64,000 nucleotides of DNA from an uncultured Gammaproteobacteria bacterium (GCA_964558935.1 CAZLFP010000001.1:5299-69298); one strand, 5' to 3'. Counted from the stretch's first letter, positions 1-9,877 are shown. Notes: generated from the sequence alone by a model not told the origin. A program made the numbers and translations.

Positions 1-426
1 GAAATCGGTGACCAGGTAGTTATTGAGTTAGATGCGTTTGGCAGTGACCATCAGTTCAATGGTACGGTCAGCTTCATAGATCCGGCCCAAACCGTGATTT
101 CCGATGTTGTGTATTATAAAACAACAATTAGTTTCAATGAAGATTCATGGAATCAACAGATTAAACCAGGCATGACTGCAGATGTGACTGTGATTACAGC
201 CCAAAAGTCAGCTGTGCTGTATATCCCACAAAGAGCGGTCAGATTAAAAGAAGCTAGTTTGGGTGAAGTGCCAGAAAAATACGTTGAAGTGTTGGTGGGA
301 GAAGACCAAGTTGAGGAAAGAACAGTGGAAATTGGTTTAAGAGCTGATGGTGGTTTAGTTGAAATTATTTCAGGCTTGGAGCCAGGTGAATCAGTGGTCA
401 CTTTTAAAAAGGATAATACCAAATAG
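1..426 (+). CDS. efflux transporter periplasmic adaptor subunit (HlyD/MacA family), C-terminal part; 5' end lies outside the window
   Basis: Frame 1 stays open from nt 1 to the stop at 426. The C-terminal beta-barrel/MP region is typical of MacA-like adaptors, and the gene sits directly upstream of the ABC ATPase and permeases. Confidence 0.6.
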   Translation, partial: EIGDQVVIELDAFGSDHQFNGTVSFIDPAQTVISDVVYYKTTISFNEDSWNQQIKPGMTADVTVITAQKSAVLYIPQRAVRLKEASLGEVPEKYVEVLVGEDQVEERTVEIGLRADGGLVEIISGLEPGESVVTFKKDNTK

Positions 427-437
427 TCGCATAATTT

Positions 438-1172
438 ATGGGCAGTGAAAAAAACAAACAGGTTTTAATCAAGGTTGAGGATTTAAAGAAGGATTATGTC
501 AATGATGAAGTGGTGACAAAAGTGTTGCATGGTTTGTCTTTTAATATTCAGGCTGGGGAATTTTTAGCCATCATGGGTCCGTCTGGTAGCGGTAAATCCA
601 CCCTGATGCATATTTTGGGTTTTCTAGACAAATTAACGGACGGTAAATATTTTTTTAAAGACAGAGACGTTTCTAATTTAGATGATGATGCTCTGGCCCA
701 GATTAGAAATCAAGAGATTGGTTTTGTATTTCAATCCTTCAATTTATTGCCTAAGACTTCAGTTTTTGACAATGTTAAATTACCTTTACTCTACAGTCAA
801 TATAAAGATCATGAGGAAAGAGTGGAAGACGCGATTAAATCAGTTGGCCTGTTTCACCGTGTCAATAACTATTCCAATCAGTTATCCGGTGGTGAAAAGC
901 AGAGAGTGGCGATTGCCAGAGCTTTGGTAACTAATCCCAGTATTATTTTTGCCGATGAGCCAACAGGCAATTTGGATACCAAATCTGGCCAAGTCGTTAT
1001 GGAAATACTGGAAGATTTGAACGATAAAGGACATACTGTAATTTTAGTTACGCATGAAAGCGATACAGCCAAACACGCTGAGAGAATAATTACCCTCAGA
1101 GACGGTTTAATTGTCAGCGATGAAAAAGTGACAGATAGGCGTTTGGCAAAAAATGGACAGTTAGTAAAATAA
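438..1172 (+). CDS. ABC transporter ATP-binding protein (MacB/LolD-type)
   Basis: Walker A GPSGSGKST, ABC signature LSGGEKQRVAIARAL and Walker B IIFADEPTGNLD are all present. Confidence 0.9.
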   Translation: MGSEKNKQVLIKVEDLKKDYVNDEVVTKVLHGLSFNIQAGEFLAIMGPSGSGKSTLMHILGFLDKLTDGKYFFKDRDVSNLDDDALAQIRNQEIGFVFQSFNLLPKTSVFDNVKLPLLYSQYKDHEERVEDAIKSVGLFHRVNNYSNQLSGGEKQRVAIARALVTNPSIIFADEPTGNLDTKSGQVVMEILEDLNDKGHTVILVTHESDTAKHAERIITLRDGLIVSDEKVTDRRLAKNGQLVK

Positions 1173-1177
1173 TTGGT

Positions 1178-2413
1178 ATGAACATCATAGAGAGCATAAA
1201 ACTATCTTGCTCAGTTTTGCGAGCCAACAAAGCTCGCAGTTTTTTAACCAGCTTGGGCATAATTATTGGCATTGCTTCAGTGATTGTAATTATGTCAGTG
1301 GGAGCTGGTGCTCAAAGTTTGATTATCAATCAGATAGATTCATTGGGTAGTAATCTGATCGGTATTCTGCCCGGAGCTTCGGATGAAGACGGACCACCGG
1401 CTTCAGCTTTTGGTATTGTGATTACAACTTTGAAATATGAAGATGCTTTAGCCATTGAAGATCAGGTGAGTAATGTTGTAGCCGTTAGTTCCTACAATAC
1501 TGGTGTGGGTACAGCCAGCTATCAGAGCAATAAAGTGGATGTGACTTACTATGGCGTCATGAGTTCCTACCCAGAGGTTGAAGAAACCAAAATTAGGCTA
1601 GGAAGATTTTTTAATCAGGAGGAAGAGCGGGGTAGTGCTAGGGTTGTGGTTCTGGGCTATTCAGCTGCCCAAGATTTGTTTAATGGATCTGACCCGATTG
1701 GTAAAAAAATTAAGATCAAAAAGGAATTTTTTGAAGTGATTGGCGTCTTAGAAGAGAGGGGTACGGTTGCTTTCCAAAACCAAGATGACAATGTATTTAT
1801 ACCTGTCTCCACAGCTCAGAAAATCATGCTGGGTATTCGTCATGTCAGCTTTATCCGAGTCAAAGTGAATGACACACGAAATTTAGATCAGGCAGTGGAT
1901 GAGATTAAACTTTTGTTGCGAGATCGTCATAATTTGAAGAGTGAGGATGAAGATGATTTTTCAGTCAGAAATGTCCAAGAGGCGATTGAAGTTTTAAATA
2001 GTGTAACTGATGCCTTGAAATTTTTTTTGGCAGCAATTGCTGCGATTTCCTTGGTTGTAGGTGGGGTTGGTGTAATGAATATTATGCTGGCTGCAGTCAA
2101 TGAGAGAATCCGTGAGATTGGCTTAAGAAAAGCGGTGGGTGCAAAAAGAGCCCATATTTTATGGCAGTTTGTCTCAGAGACCATTGCCATTACATTGCTG
2201 GGTGGATTAATTGGCATTCTTTTGGGCAGTGGCATTTCTGCTCTAGTCGCTTTTATTGCCAACTATCTGGGTTATGCTTGGGACTTGGTTATTACATGGC
2301 AGTCTGTTTTACTGGGCGTGGTGGTGGCGGCTGGTGTTGGCTTGGTTTTTGGATTGTATCCGGCTAACAAGGCAGCCAAATTAGATCCGATAACTGCTTT
2401 AAGATATGAATAA
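1178..2413 (+). CDS. ABC transporter permease (FtsX/MacB permease family)
   Basis: N-terminal TM, large extracytoplasmic domain and three C-terminal TMs. The conserved motif GLRKAVGAKRAHILWQF is typical of FtsX-like permeases. Confidence 0.8.
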   Translation: MNIIESIKLSCSVLRANKARSFLTSLGIIIGIASVIVIMSVGAGAQSLIINQIDSLGSNLIGILPGASDEDGPPASAFGIVITTLKYEDALAIEDQVSNVVAVSSYNTGVGTASYQSNKVDVTYYGVMSSYPEVEETKIRLGRFFNQEEERGSARVVVLGYSAAQDLFNGSDPIGKKIKIKKEFFEVIGVLEERGTVAFQNQDDNVFIPVSTAQKIMLGIRHVSFIRVKVNDTRNLDQAVDEIKLLLRDRHNLKSEDEDDFSVRNVQEAIEVLNSVTDALKFFLAAIAAISLVVGGVGVMNIMLAAVNERIREIGLRKAVGAKRAHILWQFVSETIAITLLGGLIGILLGSGISALVAFIANYLGYAWDLVITWQSVLLGVVVAAGVGLVFGLYPANKAAKLDPITALRYE

Positions 2414-3677
2414 TATGAGGAATGTGTTTGAAAAAATTATTTTACCCATCCAGTTGGCTTGGAAGTCTTTGGCATTGCACAAAGGCAGATCTTTCTTAAC
2501 AATTTTGGGTATTATGATCGGTATTGGAGCAGTTATTGTCGTCATGTCAGCCGGAGAAAGCATTAAGGATTTAATCTTATCTGAATTTGAATCATTTGGT
2601 ACAGATTACATCCAAGTTGAAGTCAAGGTGCCATCAACCGGCAGGAATTCAGCGGACAATGCCTCAGCTATTGGTCAGGGAGTGGAAATTACTACTTTTA
2701 CCAATGATGATGTGGATGCGATTGGTGTTTTACCCAATATTTACAAATATGGATCGTGTGTCATGGCTCAGGATCTGGCTTCATATTTGGACCAGAACAA
2801 AGTGGTGAATATTATGGGATGTTCAACCGCCATCCCTGACATCATGGGTTTTAACATTGAATATGGTAGGAATTATACTGACCAGGAAGATGACCAGCTG
2901 GCCAGGGTGGTTGTCTTGGGTAGCAAGGTCGCTGAAGAATTATTTGGCAACACTGATCCTGTTGGTCAGCGCATCAAGTTGGGTAAGTTTAAATACAAGG
3001 TGATCGGTATTGTTGAGCCCAAAGGAGCCACCTTTGGCTTGGATTTTGATAACTTAGTTTATACTCCATTGCAAACCACCCAAAAATTGATTTTAGGCAT
3101 TGATTATGTGATGTTTGCCACTTTAAAGGTTAACAATGTGGACAGGATTGATGAAACAGCAAACAATATTGTGATGACTCTCAGAGACAGGCATGATACA
3201 GACAATGAGAAAGAAGATGATTTTGCCGTTACTACCGCTAAAGAAGCTTTGGAAATAATTAACTCAGTTTTCGACGGTATTACTTTACTTTTAGTTTCCA
3301 TTGCCGCTATTTCATTGTTAGTGGGTGGAGTTGGGATTATGAATATCATGTACGTTTCAGTCACGGAAAGAACTTTTGAAATTGGCTTGAGAAAAGCGGT
3401 CGGAGCCAAGCCCAGTCAGATTCGATGGCAGTTTTTGTGGGAAGCGATTGTGGTGACGGTATTCGGCGGTTTAATCGGTATTGTTTTGGGTATTTCTTTA
3501 GCCTTGGCTGTAAGTTTCATTGCCCAACAGTTTGGATATGATTGGGAATTTATTTTACCTCCCCAATCCATCCTACTCGCTTTTGGTTTTTGTGCTGTGG
3601 TTGGTTTGATTTTTGGCTATTATCCGGCACAAAAAGCCGCGCAAATGGATCCCATTACAGCCTTGGGTCATGAGTAA
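2406..3677 (+). CDS. ABC transporter permease (FtsX/MacB permease family), second copy
   Basis: Paralog of the previous ORF with the same architecture (GLRKAVGAKPSQIRWQF). Confidence 0.8.
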   Translation: MNNMRNVFEKIILPIQLAWKSLALHKGRSFLTILGIMIGIGAVIVVMSAGESIKDLILSEFESFGTDYIQVEVKVPSTGRNSADNASAIGQGVEITTFTNDDVDAIGVLPNIYKYGSCVMAQDLASYLDQNKVVNIMGCSTAIPDIMGFNIEYGRNYTDQEDDQLARVVVLGSKVAEELFGNTDPVGQRIKLGKFKYKVIGIVEPKGATFGLDFDNLVYTPLQTTQKLILGIDYVMFATLKVNNVDRIDETANNIVMTLRDRHDTDNEKEDDFAVTTAKEALEIINSVFDGITLLLVSIAAISLLVGGVGIMNIMYVSVTERTFEIGLRKAVGAKPSQIRWQFLWEAIVVTVFGGLIGIVLGISLALAVSFIAQQFGYDWEFILPPQSILLAFGFCAVVGLIFGYYPAQKAAQMDPITALGHE

Positions 3678-3694
3678 TTTATGTCTCCTGGCTT

Positions 3695-4807
3695 ATGATA
3701 TTATCTCTGTCTTTAATTAAAAAAATAGATTGGCTGATAGTTACAGCGATAATCTTGCTTGCCTTATTCGGCTTGGCAGCCATCTACAGCGTTGCTTTGG
3801 GCCAAGGTTTGGGCGAGTTTTATAATTTCCAAAAACAGTTAGTCTGGTTGTTTTCCGGCATAGTTTTAATGCTGATGGTGGCTAATATTGATTACCGTTT
3901 ATGGCGCCGATTTGGTTGGCTGGGATATGGATTGGCTGTGATTCTGTTGATTCTCGTGTTAACACCCTTGGGTTCTACGATCCGGGGTTCCAGAGGCTGG
4001 TTTGATCTGGGTTTTTTCAGCTTTCAACCGGTGGAATTGATGAAACTATTTTTAATTGTTGTGTTGGCGGATATTTATACTCGTTATGCCAGAACCATTC
4101 ATACTTTTGCTCATCTGATAGTGGTTGGTATCATTATTTTACTGCCTCTGGGACTTGTCATAATCCAGCCAGATTTTGGATCAGCTATGATTCTATTTTT
4201 TACGTGGTTGATTTCTTTTATTTTGGTCAGTAAAAATCCCTGGCACCTGGTGACGATTATACTTTTCATTTTAACTTCCTTAGTTATTTCATGGTTTTTT
4301 ATTTTTGCAGATTACCAGAAGGACAGATTAAGAACTTTTATCAATCCTGCTTTAGATCCTTTGGGACGAGGTTATAATGTTCAACAGTCGATTATTGCAG
4401 TTGGCGCCGGCGGATTTATGGGCAGAGGTTTGGGTTTTGGCAGTCAAAGTCAATTAAAGTTCATTCCGGAAAGCCAGACAGATTTTGTCTTTGCCGTAAT
4501 TGCTGAAGAAATGGGCTTGGTAGGCGTAGCTTTACTTTTAGCTATTTTTGGTTTTTTGTTCTACAGGTTATATATCTTAGCTACCAGAGCACCGGATGAT
4601 TTTGGTATGTTTATTGTGATCTTAACCATTATTCTACTGTTTGTGCATGTTTTTATTAACATTGGCATGGGAGTTGGCTTACTGCCTGTCACCGGTATTT
4701 CTTTGCCATTTGTCTCGTACGGAGGCAGTTTTTTGCTCGTGGTACTCATTCTAATTGGGATTTGCCTGAATATCTATGGCTTTAGCTTAAGCGCCAGAAA
4801 ATATTGA
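3695..4807 (+). CDS. FtsW/RodA/SpoVE (SEDS) family peptidoglycan glycosyltransferase
   Basis: About 10 TM segments plus SEDS motifs PDFGSAM and SQTDFVFAVIAEEMGLVG. Confidence 0.85.
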   Translation: MILSLSLIKKIDWLIVTAIILLALFGLAAIYSVALGQGLGEFYNFQKQLVWLFSGIVLMLMVANIDYRLWRRFGWLGYGLAVILLILVLTPLGSTIRGSRGWFDLGFFSFQPVELMKLFLIVVLADIYTRYARTIHTFAHLIVVGIIILLPLGLVIIQPDFGSAMILFFTWLISFILVSKNPWHLVTIILFILTSLVISWFFIFADYQKDRLRTFINPALDPLGRGYNVQQSIIAVGAGGFMGRGLGFGSQSQLKFIPESQTDFVFAVIAEEMGLVGVALLLAIFGFLFYRLYILATRAPDDFGMFIVILTIILLFVHVFINIGMGVGLLPVTGISLPFVSYGGSFLLVVLILIGICLNIYGFSLSARKY

Positions 4808-4838
4808 CGATTGACAGAGCTTTAGGCATAATACAAAT

Positions 4839-5192
4839 ATGCAAGATATCATTCCACCCGATTTTAATAAAGATCAATTACCGGAAGAAAGTTTGAGAAA
4901 TATCGCTTACTGTCCGGTTTGTCATCATCATTACAACCCGATCCAAGCTAAAGTAGTGGAGGAGGGAAATGGTGCTCATTTGATTTATGTCAAATGTAAT
5001 CGTTGTCAGTCTTCCATTCTGGCTCTAATACTAGCTGGCAGTTTTGGTATTAGTTCAGTCGGTTTAATAACTGATTTAGACAGTTACGAGGTTTCTAAAT
5101 TTTGTCGCTTATCTCCGATTTCCAGTAACGAAGTCATTAAAGTGCATCAAAAATTGGCTGAAACTAAATATATACATCAATTATTTAGCTAA
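4839..5192 (+). CDS. hypothetical protein with CxxC...CxxC zinc-ribbon and a C-terminal hydrophobic segment
   Basis: CPVCHHH...CNRCQ motif pair. No SD; the mRNA may be leaderless. Confidence 0.4.
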   Translation: MQDIIPPDFNKDQLPEESLRNIAYCPVCHHHYNPIQAKVVEEGNGAHLIYVKCNRCQSSILALILAGSFGISSVGLITDLDSYEVSKFCRLSPISSNEVIKVHQKLAETKYIHQLFS

Positions 5193-5216
5193 ATTTAGAT
5201 AAATATTTTTTAATTA

Positions 5217-5241
5217 AGTCACTTGATAAGTTGACTTTTTT
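5217..5241 (+). terminator. intrinsic terminator
   Basis: Hairpin GTCACTT-GATAA-GTTGAC followed by TTTTTT. Confidence 0.5.
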
Positions 5242-5288
5242 AATTAAATTGGCTAAACTGAAATGGATATTAATTATTAGTCTTACTT

Positions 5289-5972
5289 ATGACAATTAAA
5301 TTAAATGCCAAACCACGCACGGTTGTGGGTAAAAAAGTGGCTGATTTAAGACAAGCAGATATTATCCCGGCTGTTTTATATGGTCATGGCGATAAAAATT
5401 TGAATTTAGCTTTGCCTTTCCAAGAATTTAATAAGGTGTTTGCTCAAGCGGGTGAAAATACCATTATTGATCTTGCTGTAGCAGGTACAGACCAGCCGAT
5501 TAAGGTTTTAGTGGCCGATACTCAATTAGATCCAATTAAGAATCAGGTTATACATGTTGATCTCAAAAGAATTAAAATGGATGAGAAGATTACGGCTAAC
5601 ATCAGTATTAATTATATTGGGGAAGCACCAGCGGTTAAAGAGTTGGGCGGTATTTTTGTCCATAATTTGGATGAGCTGGAAATCAAATGTTTGCCTGGAG
5701 ATTTGATTCATGAGGTTGATGTAGATATTTCCACTCTTAAGTCTTTTGATGATATAATTAGTATTGCAGACCTGTCTATACCTGCAACGATTGAAATCAT
5801 AGGCCATGAACCGACAGATGTGGTGGCAACGGTTACTCCTCAAAAAGTGGAAGCCGAACCCGTTGTTGAGACAAGTTCTGCAGAAACTGAAGAACAAGCC
5901 AAGTCAGATGACAAAGACCAAAAAGATCAAGCACAAGATTCAGAAGCTAATTCAAAGCCAAAAGAAGACTAA
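5289..5972 (+). CDS. rplY: 50S ribosomal protein L25 / general stress protein Ctc, with acidic/Lys-rich C-terminal tail
   Basis: L25/Ctc N-terminal and beta-barrel domains (IPAVLYGHG...) followed by a low-complexity tail. Confidence 0.85.
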   Translation: MTIKLNAKPRTVVGKKVADLRQADIIPAVLYGHGDKNLNLALPFQEFNKVFAQAGENTIIDLAVAGTDQPIKVLVADTQLDPIKNQVIHVDLKRIKMDEKITANISINYIGEAPAVKELGGIFVHNLDELEIKCLPGDLIHEVDVDISTLKSFDDIISIADLSIPATIEIIGHEPTDVVATVTPQKVEAEPVVETSSAETEEQAKSDDKDQKDQAQDSEANSKPKED

Positions 5973-7008
5973 GCCAGAGACTGCCAACTGGACTTGGTAT
6001 TTAATAGCTGCCTGCATTGTCTTAGGTATAGTTGGCAGCTTTTTAATGATTTACGTTTGGTTTTACCAGGAAATCAGTAATATTCGTTTTCAGCACATAG
6101 ATACCAGTCAGACCGCACGCAAATTGGATGGAGTGGAAGTTCCGGCTCATCAAGCCAATCTGTTGCCGGTTGCGATTATGATCGAAAACGAAAAAGATTC
6201 CCGTCCACCCGCCGGTTTGGTTGAAGCTAAATTAGTGTATGAAGTGCTGTCTGAGGGAGAAATAACCCGTTTTTTGGCCATCTATGATTTAACGGAAGAT
6301 TTAGATAGAATTGGGCCGGTTCGAAGTGCACGTCCATATTATATCCAGATAGCCAAAGAGTATGATGCTCTGTATGTCCATTGCGGCGGCAGTCCAACCG
6401 CTCTGGCTCAATTAAAGCATGAAGATGAGATTGTGGATTTAAACGAATATTTTGGTTTTAATTCCGGCTATTTTTGGCGAGATAAGGGGAAGCTAGCTCC
6501 CCATAATTTATACACTTCAACGCAACTGCTTCAGTCTGCCAAGGATCATTATCGTTTGACAGATGATGTTTCAGATTTTACTTCTTGGCTGTATAAGTCA
6601 AAACCGGCTCAAACTCAACAGCCGGAACAGAGGATTGTCATTCCATATTCGCAAAGCAGTACTTACCAAGTAACCTGGCAATACCAACCTGAGGTTAATC
6701 TTTACCAAAGATGGCAAGACAACCGTCAGCATACAGATGAGTTGGGCCAAGGCGTAGCAGCAGATAATGTGGTTATTCTATTTGCTCAGACTCAGGTAAT
6801 TGACGAAGTGGGTAGAAGAAAGATTGATCTGGTCGGCAGTGGTAGAGTTCTAGTGTTTAGAGATGGTCAGGTTATTGAAGGTACCTGGCAAAAGTTGGAA
6901 GCTTGGCACAGAACCACTTTTTTTGACAGCAACCAACAGGAGATAGTCTTAAACCAAGGACAAACATGGATTCAGATAGTGCCTCAGGAGTTAGTTGTGA
7001 CGTATTGA
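5908..7008 (+). CDS. DUF3048 (YerB-like) domain protein, membrane-anchored
   Basis: PVAIMIENEKDSRPPAGLVEAKLVYEVLSEGEITRFLAIYD matches the DUF3048 core, preceded by an N-terminal TM. The track ORF starts at 5806 and overlaps rplY; ATG 5908 is my choice of start, and the true start is uncertain. Confidence 0.6.
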   Translation: MTKTKKIKHKIQKLIQSQKKTKPETANWTWYLIAACIVLGIVGSFLMIYVWFYQEISNIRFQHIDTSQTARKLDGVEVPAHQANLLPVAIMIENEKDSRPPAGLVEAKLVYEVLSEGEITRFLAIYDLTEDLDRIGPVRSARPYYIQIAKEYDALYVHCGGSPTALAQLKHEDEIVDLNEYFGFNSGYFWRDKGKLAPHNLYTSTQLLQSAKDHYRLTDDVSDFTSWLYKSKPAQTQQPEQRIVIPYSQSSTYQVTWQYQPEVNLYQRWQDNRQHTDELGQGVAADNVVILFAQTQVIDEVGRRKIDLVGSGRVLVFRDGQVIEGTWQKLEAWHRTTFFDSNQQEIVLNQGQTWIQIVPQELVVTY

Positions 7009-7033
7009 CAATAATTATTGTTTTACATATAAT
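7005..7033 (+). promoter_or_regulatory. sigma70-like promoter
   Basis: TTGACA at 7005-7010, a 17-nt spacer, then TATAAT at 7028-7033. Confidence 0.5.
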
Positions 7034-7039
7034 CTAGGC

Positions 7040-7167
7040 AGTCGCCACTACTTGGGGAAGGGGTGACTTGACACCAGGAGACAAATTTGACTCTCCCACC
7101 ACGCCCATTATGGGCAGTCTCCGTCCCCGGGGCAAGCTCCTCCGACATTAGCTTGCCCCTCTTTTTA
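7040..7167 (+). ncRNA. candidate small RNA 1 (~125 nt) between promoter and terminator
   Basis: GC-rich, hairpin-rich transcript. It ends in the terminator GGGGCAAGCT..AGCTTGCCCC + T-run at 7129-7168. Confidence 0.35.
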
Positions 7168-7202
7168 TTGACAAAATATCTAATCTGTGTTAGTTTGTAG
7201 GT

Positions 7203-7366
7203 ACATGGCCGAAGCCGGTCTTAGTGACCGGCCTAGCGCGATGCCCCGCTATGTGCCAGAGAGTGTTGAGTCCCGGTTGCCAATCCCTGGATTCATAAAC
7301 TCCCCGTGTTAAGGGCAATAGCGGAATTTGGCTTATTGAGGTAGACTAACGTAGTCTACCTTTTTT
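7203..7366 (+). ncRNA. candidate small RNA 2 (~160 nt)
   Basis: Starts after TTGACA at 7168-7173 with a weak -10. Contains the hairpin GCCGGTC..GACCGGC and ends in the terminator GGTAGACT-AACGT-AGTCTACC + TTTTTT at 7340-7367. Confidence 0.3.
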
Positions 7367-7407
7367 GTTTAAATTTAGATAAAAAAATAGCTAATATGGA
7401 TTAACTA

Positions 7408-7436
7408 TTGACAAAATAATGAAAGTGTGTTATACT
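7408..7436 (+). promoter_or_regulatory. sigma70-like promoter
   Basis: TTGACA at 7408-7413, a 17-nt spacer, then TATACT at 7431-7436. Confidence 0.5.
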
Positions 7437-7442
7437 TGTAGT

Positions 7443-7633
7443 TATCATCTGAGAACAAGGAGAAAAAAAATGAAGTTCGCGTATGCCGGTTCAGCAACAG
7501 AGATGTAACTCTGTTGCTACATTCAGAGGGTTTTTGTCCCCGTTTGTACCCCGTCGAGATCAAACGGAGAGCCTAGAGGAAGCAGAGCCTCACCCCACAT
7601 CTTGTGACTAACAATCACAGGTGTGGGGTTTTT
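7443..7633 (+). ncRNA. candidate small RNA 3 / leader-peptide transcript (~190 nt) with a 12-codon ORF at 7470-7508
   Basis: SD AAGGAG lies 8 nt before ATG 7470 (MKFAYAGSATEM*). A 10-bp hairpin follows the stop, and the bidirectional terminator at 7593-7634 is shared with prmC. Confidence 0.35.
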
Positions 7634-8436
7634 AAAATTTTTAAAAAGCGATCTTTTCCGCTTAGGTCTTTTTCCAAGTTGCCATTAGAAAAATATTTAT
7701 TGGCTAACTTCAAAGTTTGTTTGGACAGTAGGGTGTTTATTTCTAACATCACCAGTTGAGGTGTTTTTTTTAATTCTTTAATTTGTTGAAACAGTTTTTC
7801 AAATAATTCTAAATCTCCATAGAGGGCAGACTTGGGTTCAAATTTAATTGAGCCGTGTTTTTCAGTGTTTTTTAAATAGGGGAGATTGGCTAGGATGATG
7901 TCCGGATTTGTTTTGATATTTTTAAGCAAATCTGACTGAATGAATTTTATTTTAACTGTGTTTAATTTTGAATTTTGTTTGGCCACTTTTAAGGCAGAGG
8001 CGTATTTATCTGAAGCAATTACATTGAGGTGAGGTAATAGTTTTTTTAAAGTGATGGCGATACAACCGGAACCGGTACCAATGTCTAAAACAGTGATTTG
8101 TTTTAATTTATTAGCCTTAATGTAATCCATAGCTTTATCCACCAACTCTTCTGTTTCCGGTCTGGGAATTAAGACATGTTTGTTGACTTTAAAAGTTAAG
8201 CCATAGAAGTCTTTTTGATTTAAAATGTAAGCAATGGGTTCTTGCTTATTTCTTCTGTTTAAATGTTTATCGTATCTATCTTGTTGTTGTTGGGTTAACA
8301 CATATTCCGGATGAGAATACAAAAAGCTTTTATCTTTGTTTAAAATGGAAGATAATAAAACCTCAGCATCTAAAAGGGGAGTGGGTGAGGTTTTAAGTCT
8401 TTGATTGCCTTTACTCAGATTATCTTTGATTGTCAT
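7615..8436 (-). CDS. prmC: peptide chain release factor N5-glutamine methyltransferase
   Basis: SAM-binding motif VLDIGTGSGCIAI and NLPY (NPPY-type) motif. It sits immediately downstream of prfA. Confidence 0.85.
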   Translation of the reverse strand: MTIKDNLSKGNQRLKTSPTPLLDAEVLLSSILNKDKSFLYSHPEYVLTQQQQDRYDKHLNRRNKQEPIAYILNQKDFYGLTFKVNKHVLIPRPETEELVDKAMDYIKANKLKQITVLDIGTGSGCIAITLKKLLPHLNVIASDKYASALKVAKQNSKLNTVKIKFIQSDLLKNIKTNPDIILANLPYLKNTEKHGSIKFEPKSALYGDLELFEKLFQQIKELKKTPQLVMLEINTLLSKQTLKLANKYFSNGNLEKDLSGKDRFLKILKTPHL

Positions 8437-9495
8437 TTAATCTATGTTTTCCTGTTCTTTTTCTTTTAATGCATCAATGATTATTTCAAGATTACCGTCT
8501 AAAATATTGGGAATATTATTAAAATTCATTTTAATCCGATGATCGGTAATTCGGTCTTGAGGGAAGTTATATGTTCTGATTTTTTCAGATCTATCTCCGG
8601 TACCAATCTGAGACTTTCTTTGGTCTCCCAACTTTTTTGCTTCTTCTTCTTGCAAATTGGCGAGAATTCTAGATCGCAGTACCATCATGGCTTTTTCTTT
8701 GTTTTGGTGCTGGGATTTTTCATCTTGGCAGGTAACTACAGTGTTAGATGGCAGGTGGGTAATTCTCACTGCTGAATCTGTCGTATTGACAGACTGTCCG
8801 CCATGACCACCGGCTCTGAAGACATCAATTCTTAAGTCTTGAGGATTGATTTCCAGATCCACTTCTTGTGCTTCCGGTAGAACGGCTACGGTGACAGTTG
8901 AAGTATGGACGCGTCCCTTTTTTTCCGTTTCCGGAACTCTTTGAACTCGGTGAACGCCACTTTCATATTTCATTGTCCCGTAGACATTTTGACCGGTAAT
9001 TTCAAAAATTACTTCTTTGAAGCCACCAATACCAATGCGGTTGGCAGATATTAACTTGGCTTGCCACTTATTCTTTTCAGCTAAACGTGAGTACATTCTA
9101 AACAGTTCAGCGGCAAACAGAGCAGATTCATCTCCACCAGCACCGGCTCTGATTTCCACGATCACATTTTTTTTGTCATTCGGATCTTTGGGAATTAACA
9201 GAGATTTAATTTGTTTTTCCAAATCTTGAATTTGTCTTTCCAAGGTGTTTTTTTCTTCTTCAGAAATCTGTTTTAATTCCTCATCACCTTGGTTGTCGGC
9301 AATCATTTGCTCGGTTTCCTTAAGTTGCTCTTGAGCTTTATCCCAAGCTGTTTTCACTCGGATGATTTCCTTTAAATCTTCATACTCCTGAGACACTTCT
9401 TTCATTTGTTTCGGATCAGAAATAACCTGCTCATTTTGGAGCAGTCTTTCCAATTCCTCAAATCGTTCTTTAAGTTGTGCTAGTTTTTTATCCAT
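8437..9495 (-). CDS. prfA: peptide chain release factor 1
   Basis: GGQ motif ([19 protein letters not shown]) and an RF1-type tripeptide region RVQRVPETE. There is no frameshift site. Confidence 0.9.
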   Translation of the reverse strand: MDKKLAQLKERFEELERLLQNEQVISDPKQMKEVSQEYEDLKEIIRVKTAWDKAQEQLKETEQMIADNQGDEELKQISEEEKNTLERQIQDLEKQIKSLLIPKDPNDKKNVIVEIRAGAGGDESALFAAELFRMYSRLAEKNKWQAKLISANRIGIGGFKEVIFEITGQNVYGTMKYESGVHRVQRVPETEKKGRVHTSTVTVAVLPEAQEVDLEINPQDLRIDVFRAGGHGGQSVNTTDSAVRITHLPSNTVVTCQDEKSQHQNKEKAMMVLRSRILANLQEEEAKKLGDQRKSQIGTGDRSEKIRTYNFPQDRITDHRIKMNFNNIPNILDGNLEIIIDALKEKEQENID

Positions 9496-9561
9496 TAGCT
9501 TAATTATACCTTAAATAAAAAGAACTCACTATTCTGCTGAGTCCTTTTATGATTTCAAATG

Positions 9562-9852
9562 TTACTTGTCTGTTTCAATTTTAGACCTTTTGGCTGCCTG
9601 TAATTCTTTTTGTTTGGCTTTTTTAGCTTTTTTGCCGGTAATTGTTTCGGCTTTAGCTTCCAACTTCTTCTGGAATTTATCGACTCGTTTGGCAGTATCT
9701 ACCAATTTTTGCTTACCGGTGTAAAAAGGATGGCATTTGGAGCATATTTCAACATTGATGTCTTTTAAAGTGGAACCAACTGTAAAAGTATGGCCACAAA
9801 CACAAGTGACTGTCGCCTGGTTGTAATAGTCTGGATGGATATCTTTTTTCAT
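9562..9852 (-). CDS. rpmE: 50S ribosomal protein L31 with Lys-rich C-terminal extension
   Basis: MKKDIHPDY...CVCGHTF...[10 protein letters not shown] matches L31. The track ORF extends to 9942, but the conserved start is ATG 9852. Confidence 0.85.
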   Translation of the reverse strand: MKKDIHPDYYNQATVTCVCGHTFTVGSTLKDINVEICSKCHPFYTGKQKLVDTAKRVDKFQKKLEAKAETITGKKAKKAKQKELQAAKRSKIETDK

Positions 9853-9877
9853 ATGAAATATTATTTGAACTAGACTT

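Noticed and set aside
153-422. Antisense or alternative-frame ORFs inside well-supported genes (153-422, 878-1072, 1927-2262, 10288-10740, 24725-25147, 55116-55412, 60301-60549 and similar)
   Set aside because: They are fully embedded in conserved genes on the opposite strand or in another frame. They have no SD or promoter and are low-complexity, so they are spurious.
7443-7633. SRP (4.5S) RNA because of GAGGAAGCAG
   Set aside because: It only partly matches the domain IV GGAAGCAGCC consensus. There is no GNRA-capped helix 8 and no symmetric-loop partner strand.
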